A stretch of DNA of 28,726 bases from a virus. Its lineage: Duplodnaviria > Caudoviricetes. Position numbers and translations under genes: made by a program. How positions within the stretch are numbered: the first letter of the stretch is position 1; every line of letters begins with the position of its first letter. Location: positions 1 through 28,726 of IMG/VR virus record IMGVR_UViG_3300038393_003173. One strand, given 5' to 3'. The notes beneath the pieces are model-generated. The model was given only the letters and a program-made list of their open reading frames with translations, made no database searches and was not told the DNA's origin. Shown here piece by piece: positions 1-6,932 of this stretch.

Positions 1-576
1 CCAGCAGCTCCAGAGCGCCAGATCCGGCATCTGACCCACGCTCAGTTCGAGAAGTGGTACGCCGAAGTGAAGGCTCCGCACGCGCGGCTGTACGCATTGC
101 TTGGGCTTTACACGATGGCGCGGCCGACTGCGATCCTCGAACTTACTTGGGATCGAGTGGACTTCGAACGGGAACAGATAGACCTGAACCCGCGCGGGCG
201 CCGACAGACGAAGAAGCGCCGGCCAGTTGTGGCGTTGAACGAAGAGGCGATGGATGCGCTCAGAGAGGCCTACAAGGGCCGTCAGAGCGAATATGTGATC
301 GAGCGTGGAGCCAAGCCCATCGCCAACATCAAGAAGGCGTTCCAGGCGGCTTCCGCACGTTCTGGGATCAAGGTCACGCCCTACACCCTTAGGCACACCG
401 GAGCCGTGTGGGCAGCAGAGGCCGGAGCCTCAATGGACGAGCTAGCCCAATTCATGGGTCACGACGACAGCGCGACCACTTCAACGCACTATGCGCGGTA
501 CTCACCGGGGCATTTGAGAGGAGTTGCGACGAAGGTTCAAAGGGCCAAGAATCAGGCCCCAGAGTTCATATCGTGA
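1..576 (+). CDS. int: Tyrosine recombinase / phage integrase, C-terminal catalytic domain (5' end lies outside the window)
   Basis: Frame is open from base 1 (PAAPERQIRHLT...). Catalytic motifs: YTMARPTAIL (Arg), YTLRHT (box II, Y in place of the usual H), MGH, HYARY (Tyr). Adjacent to a tRNA-derived att core. Confidence 0.93.
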   Translation, partial: PAAPERQIRHLTHAQFEKWYAEVKAPHARLYALLGLYTMARPTAILELTWDRVDFEREQIDLNPRGRRQTKKRRPVVALNEEAMDALREAYKGRQSEYVIERGAKPIANIKKAFQAASARSGIKVTPYTLRHTGAVWAAEAGASMDELAQFMGHDDSATTSTHYARYSPGHLRGVATKVQRAKNQAPEFIS

Positions 577-629
577 CAGCAACCCCTGTCTATTTTGCTT
601 GCTACTCTGGCGGATTTCCGCTAGAAAAT

Positions 630-677
630 TGGTCGGGGAGAGAGGATTCGAACCTCCGGCCCCTGCCTCCCGAAGGC
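630..677 (-). mobile_element. attP core: 3' half of tRNA-Pro (anticodon CGG), from anticodon arm to CCA
   Basis: Reverse complement is GCC-TTCGGGA-GGCAGGGGCCGGAGGTTCGAATCCTCTCTCCCCGACCA: anticodon loop with CGG, T-loop GGTTCGAATCC, CCA end. No D-arm or 5' acceptor strand beyond 677. Begins 53 bp after the int stop codon. Confidence 0.9.
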
Positions 678-771
678 GTTGCTCCTCTCTATCGCACGAT
701 AGCGGGCAGCGATTTTCCTTTGGAACGGAATAGCACCGGAGACGGTACGGATTGGCACAGTTCGGGCCGGA

Positions 772-788
772 AGGTTCAGCATGAACCT
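772..788. promoter_or_regulatory. Palindrome AGGTTCA-gca-TGAACCT; candidate integrase arm-type or regulator site
   Basis: Perfect 7-bp inverted repeat. GAAGGTTCA also occurs at 531-539 on the other side of the att core. Confidence 0.4.
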
Positions 789-814
789 CAGCCCCTGTCT
801 ATTTGGGATGGCCG

Positions 815-1204
815 ATGATCTACTTTATTCGGGCTGGCAGGAAGCGCCTTGTGAAGATCGGCTACAGCAAGGGCCATCCATCGATCCGCCTAAAGACGCT
901 TCAGACGGGCAGCATAGAGCCGCTAGAGCTTATCGGGATGCTGGACGGCGATCCGCGGGATGAGGCGGAATGGCATCGGCGCTTCAGGCATCTGCGAGTT
1001 ACTGGCGAATGGTTCCGCTGGACCTCTGAGCTATCGTCCGCCGCCAAGCCCTACCTGCGCTCCACTGCCGAGAGAAGGTTCGAGAAGAGCCTGCGCGAAT
1101 GGAAGGCGCTCGCCGACAAGCTTCCGAGCCTCCGGATCGCGGTTGCCAGAATTGAGGATCGCCTGGGCGCAGAGGAAGTCGAAAGGCTCAACAATGGCGA
1201 ATAA
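815..1204 (+). CDS. GIY-YIG superfamily protein (T5orf172/MUG113-like)
   Basis: MIYFIRA...VKIGYS...RLKTLQTG...E..WHRRF...GEWF pattern. ATG at 815 preferred over TTG at 803. Confidence 0.85.
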   Translation: MIYFIRAGRKRLVKIGYSKGHPSIRLKTLQTGSIEPLELIGMLDGDPRDEAEWHRRFRHLRVTGEWFRWTSELSSAAKPYLRSTAERRFEKSLREWKALADKLPSLRIAVARIEDRLGAEEVERLNNGE

Positions 1205-1224
1205 AGACCCAACACATCAGGGGA

Positions 1225-1545
1225 ATGATGATGACTGATTCTGGGCTCGATCCTTCGCGCTTCGAGTGGCGCGAGCAGACAGCCAAATATTCGCGAGGCC
1301 AGGACTTGCTAATCAGCAATATCACAGTCGGCAGCGTGTTCTATGACGGCGTTTCGAGCAGAGATATCAACGATCGCTACAAAATAACGACCGCTCTACC
1401 CGGCGTGCGTCCGCGTGTGGACAGGTTCGCCAGTGAGGACGAGGGCAAGCGAGCGCTAGAGCGTCTGACTATGGCGTGGTTTGCGCGCACGGTGCCAGCG
1501 ATAGCGCTCAGTCCCACCACCCAGAAAGGGTCCGACAATGCCTAA
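1225..1545 (+). CDS. Hypothetical phage protein
   Basis: 106-aa ORF preceded by CAGGGGA and overlapping the next start. No recognisable family. Confidence 0.65.
   Translation: MMMTDSGLDPSRFEWREQTAKYSRGQDLLISNITVGSVFYDGVSSRDINDRYKITTALPGVRPRVDRFASEDEGKRALERLTMAWFARTVPAIALSPTTQKGSDNA
1243..1260 (+). repeat. Collapsed left-type cloverleaf element
   Basis: GGGCTC-GATCC-TTCGCGC equals the two outer arms of element A (GGGCTC[42 nt]GATCC-CTCGCGC) joined directly. Confidence 0.6.
1496..1507 (-). repeat. Collapsed right-type cloverleaf element
   Basis: CAGCGAT-AGCGC equals the outer arms of element B (CAGCGAT[46 nt]AGCGC) joined directly. Confidence 0.55.
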
Positions 1546-2197
1546 CCCAACCGAGCTGATAATGACTGGGCGCGTGGCTGACGCCACCGGGCTCTCGCAA
1601 GCCGAGCCTGTTTCACGTCTCGGCCCTTCGGGCTTCGATCCCTCGCGCCGCGACCTCTTCGGGTCAGATTGGTTGCCGGTAATCACGCTGTGGCAACCAA
1701 TAGCATCGCTGTGTTTCGTCGACGATCCCGATCTACGTAAAGAGCTTGAGACACGTGGCTACCCTCCTCCAGAGAAGTATGTCGGAGGCGATATAGCAAT
1801 TCACGCGGCGGCTGCGTTCCCAGCCGCTAAGCACTTGTGGCCTGAGTTGAACGACCTTGCCTACGATGCCTTCGGGTGCGGCTACAACTTCTCACTCCCA
1901 CGCGGATGCATCCTAGGGCTCGTGACGCTCGGCAGGCCAGTTCGTGTCGAAACGATCCGCGACGCTATCAGCGCAGAGGAACGCGCGGCGGGGATATACA
2001 CTGACGGGCGTTGGGCGTGGCCGCTCAGCAACCCGCGCCAACTGCCCATTCCGCTTCCCGCGAAGGGCAAGCAAGGTTGGTGGAAAATCGCCGCGTCAGC
2101 GATCGAAACGCAAAGCGCCAAGACCGAAGGGCTTGGTCCGAAGGATGAGAGCGCGGTGGCGAAGCCAGACGCCCAAGGAGGCCAGCATGACACCTAA
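1538..2197 (+). CDS. ASCH (PUA-like) domain protein whose N- and C-terminal extensions are translated through structured repeats
   Basis: ITLWQPIASL...KELETRGY...IAIHAA...LPRGCILGLVTL...WAWPLSNPRQLPIPLPAKGKQGWW is the ASCH signature. Confidence 0.88.
   Translation: MPNPTELIMTGRVADATGLSQAEPVSRLGPSGFDPSRRDLFGSDWLPVITLWQPIASLCFVDDPDLRKELETRGYPPPEKYVGGDIAIHAAAAFPAAKHLWPELNDLAYDAFGCGYNFSLPRGCILGLVTLGRPVRVETIRDAISAEERAAGIYTDGRWAWPLSNPRQLPIPLPAKGKQGWWKIAASAIETQSAKTEGLGPKDESAVAKPDAQGGQHDT
1568..1648 (+). repeat. Structured cloverleaf element A (left type)
   Basis: Hairpin TGGC-tgac-GCCA; closing stem GGG(C)TC 1589-1594 / GA(T)CCC 1637-1642; central stem CCGAG 1602-1606 / CTCGG 1619-1623; hairpin CCC-ttc-GGG; conserved CTCTC and TTCGATC. 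Confidence 0.85.
2093..2174 (-). repeat. Structured cloverleaf element B (inverted relative to A)
   Basis: On +: GCG-ATCGAAA, CGC-aaa-GCG, CCAAG 2118-2122 / CTTGG 2132-2136 with inner CC-gaa-GG, TCC-gaa-GGA, GAGAG-CGC, TGGC-gaa-GCCA, GACGCCC. The reverse complement aligns to A block by block. Confidence 0.85.
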
Positions 2198-2408
2198 CCC
2201 ACATCGAGAAGCAGAGGCTGCGCTGCCTACGCGGCTGCACATCGTTTTCGATGGCCCGCCCGGTCCCGAGGGTGGGCGTTTTGTAGAGGTCGAAACGGCA
2301 GACGGCCGCAGCCAGAAGGCCGGCGAGTGGCACAAGCGAGCGGACGGCTATTGGGAGCTACGCATTGACGCCCTCCTCGCCAAGCTCGAAACAGGAGAGG
2401 GGAAATGA
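2187..2408 (+). CDS. Small conserved phage protein (IVFDGPPGPEGGRFVEVE...GEW...DGYWELRI), 73 aa
   Basis: AAGGAGG RBS then ATG at 2187; ATGA overlap with the next gene. The longer ORF call from 1944 overlaps the ASCH gene. Confidence 0.75.
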   Translation: MTPNPHREAEAALPTRLHIVFDGPPGPEGGRFVEVETADGRSQKAGEWHKRADGYWELRIDALLAKLETGEGK

Positions 2409-2671
2409 ACCAATATCGCAAGCTTCCGGTCGAGGTTGAGGCTATGCAATTCAACAACGATGAAACCACTTTCGATCTGCTCCATTGGGCAAACGCTTCG
2501 AGGACCGGGCTTCCTTTCGTCAGGTGGATCAATGATCGGCTAGAAGTGCCAACGTTTGAAGGCACCATGACCGCCAACGTCGGCGACTGGATTATTCGCG
2601 GTGTCGCTGGTGAACTCTATCCATGCAAGCCCGACATCTTCGCCGCTACTTACGAACAGGTAGCATCATGA
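2405..2671 (+). CDS. Conserved small phage protein, YRKxPVEVEA...GDWIIxGVxGExYPCKPDIF family (PGDYG-like)
   Basis: Motif recognised as common in phages; GGAGAGGGG RBS; coupled start. Confidence 0.85.
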   Translation: MNQYRKLPVEVEAMQFNNDETTFDLLHWANASRTGLPFVRWINDRLEVPTFEGTMTANVGDWIIRGVAGELYPCKPDIFAATYEQVAS

Positions 2672-2690
2672 CACTTGCCCTGAAGTCGTA

Positions 2691-2900
2691 ATGGGTGAGG
2701 TTGAGCTGTTGCCCTGTCCATTTTGCGGCCACAAGGCGAAGCTGATGAAGCTTCCCGAAACGCGCCCGTTCGTGGAATGTCAGAGTCGGCCAGCTTTCGA
2801 CACTACCGGCTTCCCGTGCGGCGCTAGGACAGGTTACTATTCGACCGACGCCGAAGCAATCGCCGCATGGAACACCCGCCAAGCCCTGAAGGACAAATGA
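2691..2900 (+). CDS. lar: Lar-family restriction alleviation protein (Zn ribbon)
   Basis: LLPCPFCG...VEC...CGA...EAIAAWNTR signature. Confidence 0.85.
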   Translation: MGEVELLPCPFCGHKAKLMKLPETRPFVECQSRPAFDTTGFPCGARTGYYSTDAEAIAAWNTRQALKDK

Positions 2901-3103
2901 CGATGGGGTACTATTTAGCGTCAGTCGCCACCTTGGGTATGATCTTCTTCGTGCCGTGGTCCATCATTGCCGCTTCTCGCGACTTGCGCAGCGTGGACAA
3001 GGATGAGCGACGACTTGCAATAGGAGTAATCGCGTTCACTATTCTCGGCGCGGCCCTGATTCTCCCATTGTTCTGGATGATGGCCGCCCATGAACCGCTA
3101 TGA
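2897..3103 (+). CDS. Small two-helix membrane protein, 68 aa
   Basis: ATGA overlap with the lar stop; two hydrophobic stretches separated by a charged loop. Confidence 0.7.
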   Translation: MTMGYYLASVATLGMIFFVPWSIIAASRDLRSVDKDERRLAIGVIAFTILGAALILPLFWMMAAHEPL

Positions 3104-3137
3104 TGACACAAGCAATGCCGAGTGACTGCTTAGTGTT

Positions 3138-3210
3138 GGACGTAATCCGGCTCTCGCCCTTCGGGCTGGGCCACTCTACGGTGTCCCAGCGCTAACGCGC
3201 TTCGATCCGG
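3138..3210 (+). repeat. Structured cloverleaf element C (left type, intergenic)
   Basis: Closing stem CCGG(C)TC 3147-3153 / GA(T)CCGG 3204-3210; GCCC-ttc-GGGC; central stem CTGGG 3166-3170 / CCCAG 3185-3189; CGC-taac-GCG; conserved CTCTC and TTCGATC. Confidence 0.85.
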
Positions 3211-3229
3211 CGTAAAGGGGGAAGAAAGA

Positions 3230-3835
3230 GTGACCGCCGTTCGCTCCCGACGCAATGCGCGCCTGAAGCAAATGACGCGCCCCGACCTGCCGCAAGAGCG
3301 CAGGCCAACGGTGTTCTTTGCTCGCCAGCTTGGCGCGGCAGAGGACGTTCGCCCATCACACGAGAACGACAACGTGAGCGGCTTCGCTCTACGTCATGGG
3401 CGCTATGAAACGCTCGGCACAATCTATCGCCTCGCGGATGGCGTTGGAGAGAGCCGTATAGTCCACAGAACCGTCACGATCTTGGACGGGTGGTTCGACG
3501 ATGATGTTTTCTATCGTTCGCATGTAAGGACTATCGAGCGGATCAGGGACTTATGGCGCCGCATCAAACGTCCGACACACCCATACTTCGATAGTCACGA
3601 TCCAGAAGACCGGCAGGATGGGCCAGATGCCGAGCGCGCAAAGAACGTGCTCCGCAATTGCCGCCGCTTGGTCGGCAACTATCGCTGGAATATCTTCGAG
3701 AATGTAGCGCGCTGGAATGAGCCGACTGGTGTTCCAGGATCTCGCATCGCGCGCGTCAGTGCAGCATCAGTGCGAGCCGCGCAGATGATCGTCCGCGAGG
3801 TGGCAGACGACATTTGGAGGGCTCAGATCTTATGA
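3230..3835 (+). CDS. Putative Q-like / DUF6456-like phage transcription regulator
   Basis: C-terminal WNIFENVARWNEPTGVPGSRIA...IVREVAD resembles alphaproteobacterial phage late regulators (from memory). Purine-rich RBS before GTG. Confidence 0.55.
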   Translation: MTAVRSRRNARLKQMTRPDLPQERRPTVFFARQLGAAEDVRPSHENDNVSGFALRHGRYETLGTIYRLADGVGESRIVHRTVTILDGWFDDDVFYRSHVRTIERIRDLWRRIKRPTHPYFDSHDPEDRQDGPDAERAKNVLRNCRRLVGNYRWNIFENVARWNEPTGVPGSRIARVSAASVRAAQMIVREVADDIWRAQIL

Positions 3836-4722
3836 GGTCTGTCCCGTTGGCTACCCTCGAAGATAGGATCGTGCGCCCCGGCATAGAGGCACATCTGAAG
3901 CCGCTAATCATGTACCGAGGGCGAGTGACGCTAGGTGACGCGCACCGCATGTGGAACCTCGTTGTTTCGGGAATGGAGCACGAGGCCACGATCTCGGACC
4001 TCACCCAGCGCCTACAGAAGAATGGGTCCTACTCCCAACTCTGCTGCCCCAATGCGGTGAAGCAGAAAATGGCGATTTGCAGCTTTCTCAGCCGTCTGGA
4101 GGACAACCCCAAGGTCATGGCGCTGATTCCCGGCCTGGACGAATACGTCGATTGGCTTGGGGGCTGGCGCTTCGACCTCACTCCCGTAGACGAGGTTTCG
4201 CATCGCAGCCGGAATGTCGGAGCGGGCGGATGGCGATCCTTCACTGACGCCCGAATTAAGCCGCCCCCGCCGGAGTTCGCGGAACTCGCACGGCGTATGA
4301 CCAGCACGGAGCTGACGAAGCATTTCAATGTTGGCTTCCAGACGATCGCCAATTGGCGCAGAAAGATCGGCATTCAACCGTTCAGGAGGGCGCCAGAGCG
4401 CCCCCAAGCGCTACTCTATCCCTTCCTAATTCACGACGCCGGAAGACCGGAACACGCCCTGCTGCGCAAAGTGAATGCAGCTGTTCCAAGGTCAATGGAG
4501 CCAAGCCTACGCGCAGACGTTTGCCAAGACCTGATTGTCGGCATTTTGGCTGGCGAAATCAGCGAGGACGTTCTGCATCTCCCGAGCAGCGAGTTGACAC
4601 GCCGCGTGTGGAAATTTGCGCCGTCCCGCTACGGGGATCGCTCGCTTGATGAAGCCCTGTCCAGCGATGGCGAAACCACCTTCATGGACATGCTCGTGGA
4701 CGAAGGAAGGGATTGGGCATGA
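3832..4722 (+). CDS. Multi-domain DNA-binding protein: helical N-domain, HTH, and sigma-factor region 2/3.2-like C-terminus
   Basis: ATGA-coupled start at 3832. HTH MTSTELTKHFNVGFQTIANWRRKIG; RADVCQDLIVGIL; SLDEALSSDGETTFMDML. Confidence 0.6.
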   Translation: MRSVPLATLEDRIVRPGIEAHLKPLIMYRGRVTLGDAHRMWNLVVSGMEHEATISDLTQRLQKNGSYSQLCCPNAVKQKMAICSFLSRLEDNPKVMALIPGLDEYVDWLGGWRFDLTPVDEVSHRSRNVGAGGWRSFTDARIKPPPPEFAELARRMTSTELTKHFNVGFQTIANWRRKIGIQPFRRAPERPQALLYPFLIHDAGRPEHALLRKVNAAVPRSMEPSLRADVCQDLIVGILAGEISEDVLHLPSSELTRRVWKFAPSRYGDRSLDEALSSDGETTFMDMLVDEGRDWA

Positions 4723-4748
4723 CCGACACCTCAGACGATAGCCGTGGA

Positions 4749-6290
4749 CTAAGGCACCGCCACCTTCTGACCAATCGGGAAGTCCGTGTTAGGATAATGA
4801 TCGGCCTTCAGTATCTGTGAGCCGTCGCCCAGATCCCCGCCCGCGCATGACAGCTTCAGGTTGATGCAGGTGCGGTGCCATGTCGCTTTGATCATGGGGC
4901 TCCAGGCTTCCCAATAATCCATATGCCACGTCGAGCCGGGAACGACATTCATCCCTGCAGCATTCATCTGGCGGTCGCTGTCGAGCAGCCATTTGCCGTC
5001 ACGGAAGTTCTGATCGGTCGTGTAGGCCACCTGCACCTCAAGGTTCGGGATCACGTAAGGATGATCCGAGGGACAGGCGCGGAAGAACTGGCCGGGATAC
5101 ATCGGGCCGTTCGACCATGACATGTGCGAGCGATGGTCAGCACTATCGAGGTTCTTTCCGTCCCAGCAATTGGGAGCCGCGGCGATAATCATCAGCCGAG
5201 CTCCAACCGGACAACCTGCTAAGCGAACCTCTTCCATCGAATGATAATATCCGTTGGCGCCGTTGTTGCCGACTGAGCCATCAAAACTCGCCCAGCATTG
5301 AAATGTAATGGCGTCGTGGTTCTGCGAACTTACATCGGTCGGGCCATCGGTCATGGTTTTCATGTTAGCGCCGAACACGAAGCGGAGTCCGTTGGGAAGG
5401 TCAGTGCAGATGCCTACCCCTCCAAGATCAGGCGATTTGCAATATGGGTCGCTCAGAGGGTTTCTCTTGTAGTAGAGGTTCATGTAATCGGGTTTCACCA
5501 CATGGCCCGCGCTGTCGAGCATGGCGGGCATCCAATAAGCCGAGCGGTTCGTCGGGGTATTTGAGCCTCGATTGCCGCAGGTGGATTGGCCGGTCGTTCT
5601 GAGGCTCGTGTAATTGGAGTTGCTGTCCGTTCCGAGGTTGCCGAAGAACTGGTGAAGGTGCGGACTTACGCCGCCGGGATAAACCAGCGGATCTTCCCTC
5701 AGCAGCTGGCCAGGTGAGCAGAACTCGCGAAAAGCCCCAACCGGATCGGCTGAAGCCGGGGCGATCCCTCCCCTTCCGTTGGGACCGTACCATGTGGGCT
5801 CGGTTGCCTGGGATACGTCGAAATTGTCGGGGATGGATGTCTCGCCTGAAGTGCCTGTCGGAGGAGTAACCACCGGAGGCGTTTCATCATCGCTGATCGT
5901 GACAGTGGTAGGCGTGTAACTGGCGCTCACCTGGGCAAAGCGAAGAACCGTGATCCTGACCGCGAAGGTGCGGCTTCCCTGATAGGTGGCATTGTCGATC
6001 AGGGAGAGAGGGACTGAGAGCTTCGTCTGATTGTTGGCCAGCGTGTAAGTGGCGTTGAGCGTCCGATAATCGGTTCCAGCCTTGGCTGTTCCGTCAACCG
6101 TCTGAAGCTGGATCTTGGAGTAGCTGTTCGCCTTGGTCTTGGTGACGGTGAGCGTGCAGGGTGCGTTCTCGACGCAGGTGACATCAGGCACGGTGATGAT
6201 GGGAGGCGCGGCATGAGCCGGACATGCCGCCAGCACCATTACTGCGACAGTAAGCAGCACCGCGAGGGTGAAAGCGTGGTAGCGGTTCAC
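4749..6290 (-). CDS. Secreted DUF1996-domain protein with a Calx-beta-like domain, 513 aa
   Basis: GTG at 6290 overlaps the upstream stop. Signal peptide ending AHA/APP; TVDGTAKAGTDY...DDE (Calx-beta); DPLVYPG..SPHLHQFFGN, NRSAYWMP, CWDGKNLDSADHRSHM, CPSDHP, HMDY (DUF1996). Confidence 0.88.
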   Translation of the reverse strand: MNRYHAFTLAVLLTVAVMVLAACPAHAAPPIITVPDVTCVENAPCTLTVTKTKANSYSKIQLQTVDGTAKAGTDYRTLNATYTLANNQTKLSVPLSLIDNATYQGSRTFAVRITVLRFAQVSASYTPTTVTISDDETPPVVTPPTGTSGETSIPDNFDVSQATEPTWYGPNGRGGIAPASADPVGAFREFCSPGQLLREDPLVYPGGVSPHLHQFFGNLGTDSNSNYTSLRTTGQSTCGNRGSNTPTNRSAYWMPAMLDSAGHVVKPDYMNLYYKRNPLSDPYCKSPDLGGVGICTDLPNGLRFVFGANMKTMTDGPTDVSSQNHDAITFQCWASFDGSVGNNGANGYYHSMEEVRLAGCPVGARLMIIAAAPNCWDGKNLDSADHRSHMSWSNGPMYPGQFFRACPSDHPYVIPNLEVQVAYTTDQNFRDGKWLLDSDRQMNAAGMNVVPGSTWHMDYWEAWSPMIKATWHRTCINLKLSCAGGDLGDGSQILKADHYPNTDFPIGQKVAVP

Positions 6291-6595
6291 CCGAAGATCC
6301 TTCCGAAGAAGCCACGTGTCGCACGCTTCACTGCGGCGGCATCCCGCGCCTCGCAGCGTTCGACAATTCCTATGGCGTCTTTCGTGCGGCCGTTGGCCTG
6401 GTCGAGCTTGCCGGTCTGAGCGTCTCCGAAAGCAACCCAATCGGCGACTGTTTGGCCTTCAGGGAGTGGCGCGCCAGCTACGCCCTGCTTCCATTCCTGT
6501 GGAAGAAGCGCCGCGCACGAGTTCGGCGTTGCAGTGACAATGGGGGCCGCACAGGCCGATAGGCTAAGGACGGCGGCAGCGAGGATCATTCGCAT
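6287..6595 (-). CDS. Outer-membrane lipoprotein, o-spanin (Rz1-like)
   Basis: MRMILAAAVLSLSA-C lipobox; overlaps the 3' end of the upstream single-TM gene; lysis context. Confidence 0.78.
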   Translation of the reverse strand: MRMILAAAVLSLSACAAPIVTATPNSCAALLPQEWKQGVAGAPLPEGQTVADWVAFGDAQTGKLDQANGRTKDAIGIVERCEARDAAAVKRATRGFFGRIFG

Positions 6596-6932
6596 AAGCT
6601 TGCCTCTTGCAAAGGGCCGCAAGCCCAGCATCACGGACTGCGGGATTTACCTTGTCGTTCGCACCTTGAGCGGCGCGGATATCGCGCTCGTTGGATCGAG
6701 TGAGGTCTTCAGATGCCCGTGAGGCTTCGCCAGAAGCCGCTACAGTGTTGATCGCATCCGCTGCGCTGTTGGATGCCGCTTCGTCCTGTGAGCGCTCGAC
6801 GCGGCTCTGAGCGGCCTTTGAGCGGCGTTGGTCGCAGGAGTGGACGCCGAACGCGATAATGCCGAGCAGGAGAACTGCCCCAACGATCATGGCGATGAGC
6901 TTGAGCGCAATCTCTTTGCCGAAGATCATCAT
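6564..6932 (-). CDS. i-spanin (Rz-like): N-terminal TM plus periplasmic helical domain
   Basis: One TM (LIAMIVGAVLLLGIIAFGV), Ala-rich coiled coil, C-terminal Cys residues; overlaps the lipoprotein gene. Confidence 0.75.
   Translation of the reverse strand: MMIFGKEIALKLIAMIVGAVLLLGIIAFGVHSCDQRRSKAAQSRVERSQDEAASNSAADAINTVAASGEASRASEDLTRSNERDIRAAQGANDKVNPAVRDAGLAALCKRQAYANDPRCRRP

Noticed and set aside
630-710. Complete tRNA-Pro gene
   Set aside because: Similarity stops within the anticodon stem at 677; there is no D-arm or 5' acceptor strand. Treated as an att core.
408-818. ORFs 408..818 and 524..733
   Set aside because: They overlap int and translate the antisense of the tRNA fragment (WSGREDSNLRP, LVGERGFEPP), a typical spurious pattern.
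1194-1238. 14-codon ORF MANKDPTHQGNDDD bridging two genes
   Set aside because: Too short to support; it may be a remnant or coupling peptide, but there is no independent evidence.
2093-2174. Cloverleaf elements as tRNA or hammerhead ribozyme
   Set aside because: No T-loop, D-loop or CCA, and no CUGANGA/GAAA core in the required arrangement on either strand.
2405-2671. Assignment to a named anti-defence sponge (Tad2, Acb2, Acb4)
   Set aside because: The motifs do not match those families as I recall them; left as an uncharacterised conserved protein.
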